A DNA stretch of 64,000 nucleotides from Chrysomallon squamiferum. Lineage: Eukaryota; Animalia; Mollusca. The notes under the pieces were generated by a model. The model was not told where the DNA came from. It was given only the letters and a program-made list of their open reading frames with translations, and ran no database searches. Shown one piece after another: positions 24,773 through 42,489 of the stretch. Numbering within the stretch: the first letter of the stretch is position 1; every line of letters starts with the position of its first letter. The stretch spans positions 4,216,001 through 4,280,000 of the forward strand of contig CM022670.1 of the NCBI GenBank assembly GCA_012295275.1, written 5' to 3'. The position numbers were made by a program, and so were the translations under genes.

Positions 24773-26982
24773 CTGAGGCACCCATCAAAATTTGTATATA
24801 TTACGGGTGGCTAAAACAAATATACATGATTTAATGTTTCTTTGTACGTATAACTGTAAATTGGTACACTCATTAACCAAGTTGTCGATGGACGGCAAAT
24901 AGACATAGAACATTTTTATCAGCACAAAGTAACGCACTCTTTTCCATTTGTGTTTAGCATTATATGTCGGTAAAAAAAAAAAAAAAAAAAAAAAAAATCT
25001 GAAATAAAAACAATATATATAAATATAAAATTAAATTAAAAAATATCAAATAAAAAATAAATCGAAATAGATAAAACAAGACAAAGCAAACAAACAATAA
25101 AACGTACTGAACTTTAACAACTTATATTATAAAAATTGGGAGTTGAAACTTTCTTAAAATGTTACATGATCTGAGATACAGATGTTGTCCGTAACTGGCC
25201 AGATGTATAAACGATGATCTCTGATATTAGAATAACAGAAGACACTCACTGAGATTAGTCAAACCAATACTAGGATTAAATCTAGTTACAACCATACACA
25301 CTTAATTCCTGCCATTCGATCGTGCTACTTTCGAGACTAACCTTTTTTGATTAGGAACTTGTCATTTGAAATCAGAAATACAAATTTAATCCTAACAGTA
25401 TTTATTGGACAGGAATGCGATGTGAACTATATTTAATTTCATTAATGAAACTGTTTGTGCAGTTTCTTTTGCTTGTAATCGAACTCTGTATCGGCAAGAC
25501 CTAATTTCTGTAACACAGTACGCACACTCACTATAATTAGACATAGTTCTTGTGATATAGGATTCGATCCATCAGTCTACCAGGCAAGTCTGGAATCGAA
25601 CTGTCAACATACCAGACCTAATTCCTGCGACCTGACCACCGAAGAGCTAAAGGCCATTATTTCCCGCTGTCAAGATTTCTCTTGGGTCATACAAGGTTCA
25701 GGCGCCCAAAGAAGTCAACAACAAAATCAAACGCTCACCAGTAAACGCGAATGCTGTTGTTCCTAGCTACAGGTCGCTAATTACCTAAATGAAAGAACCG
25801 CTGATACACAAGCCCTGATATGACATCTGTTACTTTCTCTATCATGATGGTTACCATATTCACTGCTAGATAATTGATTTTTTATTATCTTTTTTTTTTT
25901 GTTTGTTTTTTTGACTAAGTCCTCACTGCTGTTGGTTAGTATAGTAGTAACGTGTTGTTTGTTATGCAGGAAATTTCGCCACTTCTATTTAAGACTGTAA
26001 ACGGGTTTGCGGCATGTTAACATCATTTACGTCTGTTGTAAATTTTGTTTGTTACTATCGATCTGTTCTTTAAGTGTTGTTACCTTCAAAAATACACAAT
26101 ACACACCAGGTTTGGAATACACAGTTCGGTCCACAGAGTTCAAGAGATCTCATAGATGTTGTACTTTTTTACGTTAATTCCCATTCCAGTCTCAGGATGC
26201 TAGAATGTTGTTATGTTAATGCTGATAGAATAATAATGAATATAAAGATAATGATAATAACAGTAACAATAACGATAGCAACAATAACAGTGATGATGGC
26301 GACTGTAATAATAATGATGATGATGATGATGATGATGTTGACGAACAAGATAATGATAATAGTAACAATATCAACAACAACAACAATAATAATAATAATG
26401 ATGATGATTATAATAATGATAATGATAATGAAATACAGGAATATTTGGAATCATGAAATGTCAGCAGTCAAAAAAAAAAAAAAAATAAATAAAAGAAAAA
26501 AAAAAAAAAAAAAAAAAAAAATAATTTAAAAAAATGTCATATTGGTGAGTTTATTTTACTGTACTATTTTACACTTTTCTTAACATTGTCATGAAAGTAG
26601 TTTAATTTTAATTGTATTAATTTTGTATTTAACTCAGTCCACATAATCAGCTTGTATCAGTTTCATTTATATATTATTGTTGTTGTTGTTGTTGTTGTTG
26701 TCGTCGTCGTCGTTGTCATTGTCGTTATTTAACTCAGACCATATAATCAACTTGTATTATTATTATTGTTGTTGTTGTTGTCGTCACTGTCATTGTCATC
26801 ATCATTATTATTATTGCTATTGTTATTGTTGTTATTATCATCATCATCGTCATCATCATCACCAGCAGTAGCAGCAGCAGCAACAGCAGCAGCAGTATTA
26901 TCATTATTGTTGTTATTATTAAATGTATTACTTACCACCATCATCGTTATCAGAATAATTATCATCGTTATAGTTATTATAG

Positions 26983-27030
<48 letters not shown>

Positions 27031-27438
27031 GTTAATATTTGGTTTATCAGCCGCATATTGTTTAATATCATGCATGGTGTGTCGAAATTTATTTTTCACA
27101 TCTGTGGCCATATTACTGTTATTGTTTTTTTTTTGTCTGTTTTTTTTTCTTCAAACTGCCATAGAGATATTTATAACAATAGGACCACAAGCTTGCTAAC
27201 ACAAGCTGCTGCACTATAAAAATCAAATTATAATTCACTCTGTGAATGAATCATTATTATTGTGAGTACAGGTAATGAAAACTAAACGAATACCTTTTAA
27301 TCTTGTAATAAATAATCTTGTCCATACAACAAGCAGCTGTTGTTTTACAGCAAACATGAGAAGTGATCATTAATACAAGAATGAGCACAATTAAATTAAC
27401 ATACATAAAACAATATTGTATACAGATGTGTGTGTGTA

Positions 27439-27472
<34 letters not shown>

Positions 27473-27734
27473 AACACACACATGTATATATTCTGTAATT
27501 AAACGTGCGTGTTCATATTTAATTACGTTTTATGACATATGAGTATTATTGACAATGTCTGTCTGTCTGTCTATATGTATATTTATGTAAGTCGGTATAT
27601 GTGTATGTATTGGATGTGTATATGTATATGCATATATGTGTCTGTGTGTATATGATTCTGTGGTGTACGTGTGTACGTACGTGTATGCAACTATATATAT
27701 ACATATATGAATATATGTATGCATGAACGTACAT

Positions 27735-27770
<36 letters not shown>

Positions 27771-28568
27771 GTGAACATAATATGTGCGATGTATATGTAT
27801 ACTGTCCTCTGTGTGTCTATTGCCAGTAGTAAACAATGAAATAAACGTACCTCGTACTTTTGATACACACAGTACACTTTGGACACAAAGTCGAATCAGT
27901 CTGTGTCAAGCTGTGTGTTAGTGTTCAACAGCTGCTCCAGCCAAAACTCACATCAAATTATTAATAGAACTCAGCTGAGTGGTTTTTTTAATGAGTCACG
28001 GAAATATAATACCATTATTATTTTTATTACTATCAACACCACCACCACGACAACTACTACTTCTACCGCTGCTGCTACTGTGACAATTTCTACGTTACTA
28101 TAACAACAGCAACAACAAAAAAAACCCACATGAAAATCTAACAATAATGATCATAGAACAAGAAGAAAAATGTCGAAGATAACAAATATAAAAAGAAAAA
28201 TTTCAAAAGAAAAGGCTGGTTTGTCTCAAGCTATTAAAGCTATCTGAACATCTGAAATATCTTCATTCAAAAACTGGTAGAAAAACGTTTTATCACTGTG
28301 TTTGATACGAGTATTTGATGCAGATGATTTCTTCTCGTTCCTCTGATTGATGTTTTCTTTTTGGACGTAGGGCAGAGACTAATCGTTCGTGACACGTTAT
28401 CAGCTTTGCAAGACAGTCTTGTTGTAAGTCGGAGGCGAGTCGCTGGCAAACTGGTTTTATATTACTCGAGGTGCTGGTTGTTTGCTTTTCTAACCGTTAG
28501 ATTTATTTATTTATTTATTCATTTATTTTTGTTTTTTGTTGGTTTGTTTTTCTGTTTATTTTTCTGAA

Positions 28569-28620
<52 letters not shown>

Positions 28621-30038
28621 TTTTTTTTAAAATACACAAAAAAATTCAGATAATCCAGATATAATGTTATATGTAATCATACTCTGAAATCGTAGTTGGA
28701 ATGTAAAAATAGTTCTGCAGAATTCGATATAAGCAGGACAACACATACCATAATAATAATAGTAACAGTAGTAGCAACAGAAGTGCTAGTGGTATTGGAA
28801 CCAGTGGGAGTATCGGTTACAATAGCGGTAAAAGTGGTAGTAGCAGCAGTAGTTGAAGTAGTAGTCGTAAAACGATATCACTACCGCCATCACCACCACT
28901 ACCACGACCACCACCAACACCACCACCAACAACAACTATAATAATAATAATAATAATAATAATAGCAGCAGCCTCTGTTCCACGTGATGATGATTGGAAG
29001 TGCTATAATCTGTGCTAAGATGCTTTACTTGAATTGAAGCAGACTAAGAGTTTAAGAAGATTCTTACTTTGATATTGTTCCTGCAAGTCTCCAGACAGTT
29101 GTCTTCATAATACTAACTAGTCATCATGGCAACGAGAACAGACATTTTGTATTCTGCCGAATTTCATGTCAGTTATTATTAATTCATGAATATTAGTTGT
29201 AATAATTATATTTACATGAGGCTTTCAGTCTACCTGCAGTTTCTGTTTGTCTGAGTTTGTCTCTAAGCTTTCTTTTTTCTTTCTCTCTGTTTATTAGTCT
29301 CTTTTCTCGCTCTTTCCGTTTCTATCTCTGCCTCCCTCCTTTTCTCTAAGTCTCTTTGTTTATCTCTCTCAGTAATGTTTCTTCGCCCTTATCTCTCACT
29401 CATTGCCTGCCTGTCTGTCTGTCTCTCTGTCTGTCTATCAGTCTCTCTCAGTCTCTTCCTTCTATGTATGTGTGTGTGTTTATGATGCTACCTTTTTCTC
29501 TCCAATTATCTCTCCGTATCTCTCTTATTCTCAGTTTGTCTGTCTCTCTCACACAAATATTTCTTCTTTTTTCTTCTTTCTTTTTGTCATGTTTTCCGAA
29601 TTCTCTCTATTAATAATCTCTCCATATTCAATGTGTATATAAATATTCGTTTAGCTATTATATTTAACATGATTAAATAACATACTGAAAAGAAAAACAC
29701 ATATTATATTATTTAAAAAGACAAATAAACCATCATTTATTTTTTTTAAAGTTATTAATTCATTTGACAAGTGTGCATAAATATCAGTTCATTTCTGAAG
29801 TTTCAGTTAGTTTGTAATTGTATTTTATTCATTACATAGAAACTGACTGAAACTTCTGTGTACTGTATCATCAAAAACTGGTTATGGCTGGTTAAGAGTT
29901 TGAGTCTCGGTCGAATATCTGAGTTTTAGGAATGAACCACCTAGATTCCACTGAGTTATTTTCTCTTTACAACAATTACCTTAATACTAATGTTAAAATT
30001 AAAATGGAATTCACGAGTCGCTAAATAAATACTAAGCA

Positions 30039-30218
<180 letters not shown>

Positions 30219-30522
30219 ATGAACCTGTTTAGGGTCTCACAGGCTCTGTTGTCAGAAGAGCAGTATTGGAGTGGACAGAAAGAGACAAAGAGTCTTCTGA
30301 GAGGACTTAATTCACTTTCTGGTGCTGGGTTCTGAGCGCGGTGCCAGGCTGACAGGCTTTCATAACTGGTCTAAGCAAATCTGAGGCGACGCTAATTCGT
30401 TCTGGATGTCAGTGTCACTTACGAATAAAACCCAGACAAAATAATTTAAGTATAATTATTGCTGAAGCACAGACGGGAAAAAGTCAGGGAGGGAGAAAGA
30501 GAGAGACAGAGGGATGTATGTA

Positions 30523-30573
<51 letters not shown>

Positions 30574-30615
30574 ATGTGTGTATGTATGTATATGTTTGTA
30601 TGTGTTTGAGTGTAT

Positions 30616-30646
<31 letters not shown>

Positions 30647-30982
30647 GAGAGAGATATAAAGAAACAGAGAGAGAGAAATGGAAGGAGATGGGTATCAATG
30701 TAGACAGATAGATAGATAGGTGGAAATAAAGATGGATAGAAAGATAGACAAAAAATAGACTGGCAGAGAAATGGACAGATTGAGAGGCAGACAGATATAG
30801 AAAGAACAATCGAGAACAACAGACGAGAGAGAAAAAGAGAGGAATTAAGAAAGAGAAGAAGGAAAGAAAATGAGACAGATATAGAAAAAAAATAAAAAGA
30901 GAGAAAAGAAAAGATATTGCAGAAATAAGTAAATAACGATGATGATGATGATGATGATGAAGATGATGATCATGATCTTTAA

Positions 30983-31020
<38 letters not shown>

Positions 31021-31560
31021 TAAGAAGAAGAAAATTACAGTAAAACTAATATGGAAAGTCATTATAATAAATAAAACAGCTATATCATAGAATGTCATTA
31101 GCTAACTCATGAAGACAAATTTACTCGGATAAATATCATTATTAGTTTATTTAATTATCTCTTTATAGATATTTTTATAACTACCAGAAAAAGAAACTTA
31201 ATTTTCAACAGAAAATGAAATGTTATTGGGCGTATTTCGTTATTTCTGTTTCGTTAAAGGAGATATTATTTTTAAAGTGTAGTACTACGAAGAATTTTTT
31301 TTTATTATACGTACAACTTATTATTCTATTTGGTTTGAGTTATATATAATCACCATTAGTATTACCCCTTTACAATTGGAATTAGTTTTCGATGACGTCA
31401 CGACTACAGAAAAATGTCGGCACCCAGATAAACTTTATTCTTTTTTGTTATCCTTCATGATTAATTAAAACTGGGCAGCGAAAAACCAAATAACAAAATA
31501 TACAGTAACGTAGAATACATGTATTCTATTTCTTCGTATCACTGTAGATAAACTTTAAAT

Positions 31561-32046
<486 letters not shown>

Positions 32047-32125
32047 ATATATATGTTTATATGTATACATATATGTTTGTATGTATGTGAATATCTATAT
32101 TTATTTGTATGTATATCTGTACGTG

Positions 32126-32518
<393 letters not shown>

Positions 32519-35099
32519 CAAACGACTAGATACTAATTAGATACACTTCATATTTGGCTACGAATGTTTTTACCGCTACGTCATGACTTGGAGTTCATCA
32601 TAAAAACAATTTCTAAACCGCCCAGTTGATTCGATTAAGGTAATTCTTACCGTGCATATTCCACAGAACACATCGTCCGAGAATAACTCTTTGGAAATTC
32701 CCAATTCCTCGGTATTTCAACTATCACTCTCATCTGTTTCTATCCAGATTTTCTAGCCGCTTCGGCGACAAGTTTACTTACTGCTACCATTGTCACGTAC
32801 GTTATTCCCTGAATCGCTTCAACAAATTCCGCTTGCAATATGAACTGCAGCCGTCATTACATTTTCTTGTTACCTTCAGAGCTAAATTGATTTTTTCCTT
32901 GCAAAAACAAAACAAAAAATGGTAAAGGAGAAGATGACAAAAAAATAAAAAAAATAAATAACGCACCTGCCCTCAAGCAAACAGATGAATGGTATGGTGG
33001 TCTTGTAAAGTCTTGACCGGTTTAGTTGTCAATGGTAATCATAACGGTCTTGTGTATCGATTTTGTATACCCACCGGAAAACAACAACTGAAGGTTTGCA
33101 CTGAAGTGTTGTGTTTGTTTAACACGTACGGCATTAGTGATGCAATCTGCATTGATTTACACTTTTATTCTTTCACAGATAACGGCGTTCCCGGTTCTCT
33201 TATTATTTCTGTCTTTGCCGTTCCCAGCGTGTTGGTGATGTTTCCTGTGCTTCTGTTCAAACTATCGTAGTCGTTCCCTGTGTTTGTCTTATTCGTGTCG
33301 TTGTTGTTTTTTTTTTTTTTTAATTTTATGCTTCTCATATTTCTATCGTTGTCGTTCCATATGTTTTTCTGGTTGACGTTGTTGTCGTTCGCTGTACTTT
33401 TCTTATTGCTGTCGTTGTCGTTACCTGTACTTTTGTCGTTCTACCGTCATGTCGCTGGTTTATAATAATAATAAAAAAAGCTTTACAGTACTTGACGATA
33501 ATGTTTGCAGATGATAATGATGCTAATGACGGAACGGCTGACGGTCGTTGAAATGCCTGATATAAAAGACCGATGTTGTACAAAGTGCCGATTATTAATG
33601 TTTTTGATGATGGTGATGGCGATGCTGTTGCTGCATGCAGATTCACTTAATTATTTCCGAAGTTTATTCGCTACAGTTTATTAGAGTTATAAAAAGGAAA
33701 ATAAATATCGTTTTCTTGCACAAGTCAATCAAAACGTAACCGTCTGTTTAATTGATCACATATCACATGACAATATAATTACATCTGTATTCACCAGCAT
33801 CTGTATCCGTAACTGAATAAAGTTTGTCATTTGAACAGCAAAGACTAACATCATCATAATAAAAGATGTAAAAGGAAAGAAATCCCAGTTTTACATTTGC
33901 ACACTACTCAAAACAAAACAGTCCGTTTGAGACTATTGTTTTCTTACACGCATCCATTGCAGTAGGTAACCACAACAACATAAAGGTTTCCATTGTTCCA
34001 TCATTACTTTGGCTACAAATTGTTAAACCGAAACCCCCCATCAAACACCATAATAACAGATGTAACATAACAACAAATCCGTGCTCATTTTTGCATTTAC
34101 AAGCAACACAAAACAGTTATATCCACGAATGTACCCAAACCATTAGCGTCCATTTATGTAGTCAAAACATTAACATCCATTTCATGAACACCAATTTCTT
34201 TGACATTCTTCAGAGCATTCATCGCTCGGCTGTACATTTAAGAAAAAAAAAAAATATATATCATTTCCCTTTCACTGCTTGGGCTACAATCTGCTAGACT
34301 GGTACACAACACGACAACACAGGCAAAATAACAAACATGATCAAAAGGGTCATTAGGTGAATATTAAACACGGAAACATCGCACGTAGAATCAATATTAA
34401 CATAGCTTGAAGAAAAATTCTTGTAGGCTAAGGATGGCTGAGACGTTTAGAAGAAATAATCATTTAAAAAAAAATCCGATAAGCGTGCTATGTATATCTT
34501 TCACCTGCCGTTGTAGTAATTATTAAAACCAATCCTACAACACAGATGAAAATCGATTTATAAGGGTAAACAATAAAAAAAAAATAATAATTGTATTTCA
34601 ACTAATATATCAGAATAGCTTTGTCTTTGTTCTAAATAGTCAATATGGAGCTATTTTTAGAATACCACGTTGACGTTGTTTGCGTCACTGCAACATATTT
34701 GGAGCTATTTATTATTATTAATGAAATATATATCTACGTCGTGACAGATGCAGTGTGTGATTTTAGAAGGTGATGACGTCAATGCAACAAGTGATAAAAA
34801 AGAAGAAAAAAGTTCATTGCTTTGTAAAGTCTCGAGTTACGTCTTCAAATCCACGTCAGTGATGTTGCTAATGTCGACAAGACAGAGTGAAAAAGTCATT
34901 ATTTTATTCACGTGGTAATTATGATTATAATGTCGTTAGAATTAATAAATTAAAAATTGGTTTGTTGTTTGTATGTGGTCTGTCTGTTTGTCTGTCTGTT
35001 TGTCTGTCTGTTTGCCTGTCTGTCTATCTGTCGTTTTGCATGTTTGTAGGAGGCAGGTATTTGTCTATTTTTGTACGTAGACAGGTAGTAAGTGCGTAC

Positions 35100-35563
35100 G
35101 TATGTGTATATGTATTTATGTATGAAACTATGTCTATGTGTTTGTGGAATATGTTTGTATGTATGTATGTATGTTTGTATGTATGTACATATGTAAGAAT
35201 GTATGTATATATGTAGCTATGAATATATGTATATATGTATGTATGCATGTATGTATGTATGTATGTGTGTGTGTGTGTAAGAATGTATGTATATATGTAT
35301 GTATTTATGTATGTTTGTATGTATACATATATGTAAGAATGTATGTATATGTGTATGTATGTATAAATGTATATACGTATGTAAGAATGTATGTATATAT
35401 GTATCTATGTATGTATGTATGTATGTGTAAGAATGTATGTATATATGTATGTATACATATATGTAAGAATGTATGTATATGTGTATGTATGTATAAATAT
35501 ATGTATATATGTATCTGTGTATGTATGTATGTATGTATGTATCTATGTATGTATGTATGTATG
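35100..35563. repeat. (TATG)n-derived compound satellite with recurring GTAAGAATGTATGTATAT unit
   Basis: GTAAGAATGTATGTATAT recurs about six times within a TATG/TA background. Confidence 0.8.
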
Positions 35564-38352
35564 TTTTTTTTTTGTACCGAGGTGCCATATTTAACGTAGT
35601 AAAAAAAGAAGAAAAACCCACACAAAAATAACATGTCTGTCTGTTGCATGTTAACTAAACGATCAACAAAGGACAAGGAAAGGTCTTTCTGGGCAGTAAC
35701 TAAATATTTCTAACCGTTTCATTAGTCGAACTATATCCGCTTACATTTGTAAGCACACTGTGCAAGTTCAACACATTTGACTTGCCGATCAATACGCGGC
35801 TCCCAGGCATTCAGACTGGAGAAGAGCGCTGTGTAAATCAATTATTAAGACTTACAGATGGTTGGATCTCGGTATATCTATACAAATAGAATCGTTAATA
35901 TCAGAGGCTTAGTTCTCGTACATCTTTTATGCCAAAGCCACGCGAGTACAGTTCTGATCATTTGTTTAGGAAAGTGTATGTGTGTAGATAAGAACTAAAT
36001 TGCTTTTATATCACATTTCCAGCTCAAGTTAATATATATGAGCATTAATATGCTGGTATATAACTGTCATGGTTATACTGTTATCAGGTGTGTTTCTCAG
36101 TTCTAAACAGAACTTGCTAATTTTAACATACCACGGCATTCCATTTTGGCATTTTGTAATACTGATTGGAAAAGAAAAAAAATTAAATGTTACCAATGAC
36201 AATGACAATGACTTTATACCAAAACTTGCAAATGAAAAAATGAAAAAAGCTACCTTCTGTTATCAGTCGGATGTTCAAACACTAATAATTATTACATTAA
36301 AACGCAAAGTTTAATTTTCCGATTTTAAACAGAATACCATTTTAGAATTGTATTATAAAGAAAAGGTCGTCAGAGGGTACATTCTGGCTGTGTATTGTGT
36401 GACATGTATATCTATATTTAGTAAGGCTTGGAGGAGATTCTCCAGTTCAGTGCTATTGTATTTTTAAACATCATAATACAGTGAGCTATTTTTGAACATA
36501 AATTTATTATTTTCACTTGACTTACAATTGCATCACCACTCCATTTCAGTTGTTCATTGTTGTTTTTTTGTTGTTGTTTTTGGTTGAAGGTTGGGACTAA
36601 TTTGAACAATGGCTCTTCATTTACCGTTCATTCATTTAATTAATTAGCATTAAATTAATCAAAATATGATAACTTCGTATTAATTAGCAAGCAAGAATAT
36701 TCTTTTCAGGTTAATTAAAACAAAAATATCTGCACTGAAATATGTCAAGGACTGCAATTTTATTTTGCTCGTTTCTGCTCATCAACAGACTTTGTATGAT
36801 CAAAGAAAATGACAATGGATGACGTCATCAAAACCAGTCTACCAGCCTTTCCCACTCATCAACAAGTTCATTTTAGCCACCCACCTAATGTAATTTTACA
36901 AATAACGTCTAGCGAATTCCTAGCGCCTCTGACGGTTTAGCATTCGGGTGACAGTTGTGTATTGCTAATAACCAAATCAAATCACGTAAGCACTTGCAAG
37001 AGCCACAGCACGAAACCCCGCAATAAACCACAAGACATCAACTTGCAAAAGACTCGGGCGATAATACATTGCTTGTGAAATGGCCTCTTGGGGAAAAAAA
37101 AAAAAAAAAAACCCAAAAGCCAACAACAACAAAACAAAACAAAACCCTAAAAAACAAACAACAACAAACAAACAAACCAACCCCCCCCCAAAAAAAAAAC
37201 CGCATGGCGCAGATCTTGGAATTACATATACATGTATTTAAAACCAACAGACAGTCAGTTTTAAAATACTTTCTTCCAGACATGTCTGAACCAAACTTGC
37301 TTTGTATCAACGCTTTTCGGATTGTATTTCTCAATGCAGTGCGGTTTTTCAATTAATTATATTTAAAAATCATCGATCGTTTCTATCGACATGGTTTGTT
37401 TGTTCGTCGTTTTGTTTTTATTAAATTTCAAAACGTCAGAAGGAAAGCTACTCATAGATGCATCTGTCTTTTTCAGATCTTAATATTATATTTACGCACT
37501 GCATATATCAATGTTTCCCAGAGAGGTTCGAAAGGCAAACAGAGGAGCAATTTGAGTATATAGGAAGCCAATTTGAATACGATGAAATTGGTTTTTCTGA
37601 ACTCATTATTGTTGATGTCAAAAATCCTGCCACATAAAATAAATAAATTATTAAATAAAATTGTATTTATTTTACGAAATATGTTAATGAATTCGACCAT
37701 ACGGATCTGATACTCTTTAACTTTTTAAAAACTTGATTGATTCTTATGCTAGAGAAGGAATCAAAACTTTGAGAGGTTGAAATGGGGCATGGCCTAATTA
37801 AATGTATGGAACATCTAGAATAGAATTTTTTTTTTTTTTTTAAATTTATATCTGAAAGGAAGCTGTTGTATACAGTTTTATCTATACTTTGTATTCTGTG
37901 TAGTATTACCAGTAACTACGTAATGATTACAGAGAAAACCGTGTTGAAAATAATGTCAATATTTATTGAGTGTACTGAACAAACAGAGACATTCTGCCAG
38001 GGTTTCAATGAGACAGTGTGTCCCGGAAGAATACAGTTTTTAAACACTGAGACGACAACAACGTCATTTATAAAGATAAACATAAACACCGACAAAGAGA
38101 TGTATCAAGACAAAAGTGTACAGTCAGATATCTAGTTTCAAAAGAATAATATAGACACATAAATAGATCGATATACAAATATACACAAAGTGTTTCAAAA
38201 CAGCAGATATACGGAGAGCTAGAAAATAGCTATGAAAACAGACAAAGAATTTCCAAAACAAAGACAGATAAATTGATAAACAGGCTGATGGACGCATCTA
38301 CATCAGAATGAATTAAAGAAAAGACAACATTTGAAAAATGTGAAAAAAAATA

Positions 38353-38444
<92 letters not shown>

Positions 38445-38445
38445 A

Positions 38446-38761
<316 letters not shown>

Positions 38762-39285
38762 ATAGCTGAGCGACATACTAAACAAAATGTTTTAAAAATA
38801 ATTAATGACTCGAGTATGTATCATATCAAAGCATTCTAGAAGAAAATAGAAATAAATTTATGAGACACACATTCCAGATTCTTGATATTCCACATTCAAA
38901 TATTTGATTAGTTTGTTTTTTCACCCTAAAATTATAAATAAATCAAATAAAATGTTTTCCTTTGAGTAAGACACTACACTGAGGATATGCATATCTGTCA
39001 GAAAGAATACACACTATGGCAAATCGATGCCCTACAAACAGAACATTAAATTATAGGAAATCTTTATTTTTAAGGTAGGATAATAATGTATTGGAAATCT
39101 TTAAGATAACGGTACACTGACTACAACAGTACAAGGATTCTATAGATTTGTCATTATGTGGTTCTATCTAGGTTATTGCTTGTTTATTAGGCCACCTTCA
39201 GATATATGGCCTTGTATTTACTGAATGTATGCATATCTGTCTCGAAGGCAGTTTTCTCTGCTTCTGAAACACAAAATATAAAACC

Positions 39286-39444
<159 letters not shown>

Positions 39445-41047
39445 TCTTTCTGTCTGTCTGTCTGTCAATAGATTATGGTACTTTATCACATTAGAATGTT
39501 TCAGTACAATAACTTTGTTGTCCAGAAAACTGCATAACGATTTCAGAGGTTCGGTTCCCCGTTCACTTTCATTATTCTTTTTATTAATAAAAAAAACCGA
39601 TTTGTAATACTCTAATGTTCACTAACATTTCATTAAATAATGTAAGCCAAGCTCAGTGGTATTTAAGGCCATAACGTCTACTGTTACGTTACTAGAAGTC
39701 GAGTCTTGAGGACGCAACTTTTGATTTCTAAAGAAATTCTGAGGATTATTTAAAGAAAAGTTCATGGATAATTAGAAAGGTAATATAAATGTCACATATA
39801 TAAATCGTTCCTCTTTCAGACGTTCCTGTTTCGTGCTTTTCTGGCTAATATCCACATCACTTCAGATTTAATCTCCAGATAACCTTGAAGATGATTTAGG
39901 GAAATCACAGCCAAACACTTTTACTGCTAGTAATGATATCGCAGACCTGTATGGAACCTATTAACACCCCATTGTCCAAGAGACAGCTTCACTCCACCAT
40001 TATACCCGATCAATAGTAGGGATGATTGGCTTCTAACCCATTATCGCCAGTTTTTCACTAAGCCGTGGAATAGTAATCACAGTCTTTCTCCAGCCTTCAT
40101 TTTCCTGTTTTGTTAACATCTCTTAGTAAAGCGCCTTTGAGTACCAGGCGAAATGGCAGCCGCATCTTTTTTTTTCTGTCATCGTCTGTGAATCCATTGC
40201 AGTTACGTAAGCGGTAATCATTATGCTGCAACGGAAATCAAAACGAAATCTGGGAAAAATGCGCGATGATGTGAATTCACTTTATCCCTCTCTCACAAAT
40301 TCGTCAATCGATCCGTTGTCAGCAGGATTACACGCTTTCTTTTCGAATGGTAAGCAGAGGGATGTCAGAGGACATGCTTTCATAATCTGACAAGTGTGCA
40401 GAGCGGAAAGCTTTCACGATGGTTTATTTTTGCTCAGCAGGGTAGCCGCGGTGTCTACACATCCACGTCAAACATGCCAGACACTTAAACAGGATTCTGT
40501 GAAACAACATGTGCCTCTGTTCTCAACATGCAGTTAAGGTCAAAGATGAATGAGGCAGAAGACATTTTCAGTCTGGTTGTATCGGCGATTTCAGCTCTGG
40601 TAAATGATGATATTCATTGTCATATTTCCAATAGCCTTAACACAGAAATCAAATTAATACAGAAGAGTATCCAGCGTTATGAATAATGATACATTAAAAG
40701 ACAAAACATAGGCACATATCGACAGTACTTTTTATTTCGACTGTCAGTTAATTTACAAGACATTTTATTTATTGTCTTCTAGTTTATATATTACAGTTCA
40801 GTAAAAGTCACAGATTCTCGAATGTCTCTAAATTATTGACAAACAAACGATACAGCCTTAGTTTGACATGTCCTTAATATAAACATCAAAAAAGTTACCT
40901 TTGACAACACATTTATTTTTCTTTACCCGTGGTATTTAAGTTCAAATAGTTTATTGCGAAATAAAGATTATAACAATATTAATAATAATCACGATAACAA
41001 GAACAGGAAAAGTGATACTACTTCTATAACAACAACAACTAATAATC

Positions 41048-41122
<75 letters not shown>

Positions 41123-42280
41123 GTGACGATTATGACGATAATAACTAAAAACAGCAGTAATAATAATAATAATAATAATAGTAAATGTAATAACAACAAC
41201 AACTACTACTACAAAACGAAAGTAACAACAAAAACAACAACATGTTTAATAAAGAAGTAAAACCTTATAGATCTTTAAAACCGTATCAGATAAAATTTAT
41301 TCTTTACATTAATTGATCAATATGTTGGAAAACATTAATTTGTTTTTTTAACTTATCAGATAAAATACATTTTTTATGTCATGTACCAATAAAAAAGCAT
41401 TAAGCCTACTTTTGTATTCAGTAATCAAAATAATAATATGATATAACTAATTCCAAATATCGAATTTGCTTTATTTTGGATAAAAATTGCAAATTTATTT
41501 CTGATTATCATTATAACATACAAGTCAAGGCTTTATTACATCGATCAAAATATTGAATAAAATAATTTATTTACATTAAACATAAATAAATATGTTTTAT
41601 TTAAGGGACTGTAATTGATTACTGTAGATAAAATTAGCTGTATATTTCAAGTTATCAGTAATTTGGATTAAGTTTACTATCTGCAGATGATATTAATACA
41701 GTAGAAAAAATATATATACATTAAGATAAAATAAACACTTTATGTCATATATCGCATTTCTTGGCAGTTTAAATCGATTCGCAATTTTCAGCTGAAATTA
41801 CGTGATTTTTCGTGATATCCTGGTTATACGTCGTCCCCCCAAAAACAAAACTGACGTTCAGTCATAGTAAACCTTCAATATATAATTGATGAAATCAATA
41901 AAAATCAATCATTTTGACAACAGTTTTGTGTGAGCGTTTATTTATTTCATTACATTTCTCGTGTTCTTTCCGCAATAACCGGGATGTTTTCTAACTGAAA
42001 TTTTGAACGTTTTTAAATGAAGAACAAAACACAGGAAACTGACTCAGCTTTAAAGATAATTAAATTGTAATTCACAACAAAAGCCAGCGCGTGACAAAAA
42101 AAAAGCATTCTTGGATTAAAAGTCTGACAACAGAATCACACAAGAGTCGTATGAAACGAGAGAGTTTGTTTGTTTGTTTGTTTGTTTGTTTGTTTTGGGG
42201 TGTTTTCGTCCCTATTGTGGATCTTCTACGTCGATAAATACGGTAATCTGTTAACTGGATTTCAGCTAATTCCTAAATTC

Positions 42281-42318
<38 letters not shown>

Positions 42319-42324
42319 CATTTC

Positions 42325-42360
<36 letters not shown>

Positions 42361-42376
42361 TGCATCATCATTATCA

Positions 42377-42414
<38 letters not shown>

Positions 42415-42489
42415 TTGTTTATTTATTTTTTCCACATAATAAGAATATGTATATATATTCATCTATAATCAAATAGCTATTCATTTTAA

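Noticed and set aside
28697-28717. miR-1-like start TGGAATGTAAA
   Set aside because: Only the first 11 nt match and no complementary hairpin arm is present.
32651-32885. Minus-strand exon-like segment ending at a GTAAGA donor
   Set aside because: Stops in all frames and the last short ORF ends in phase 2; unsupported without transcripts.
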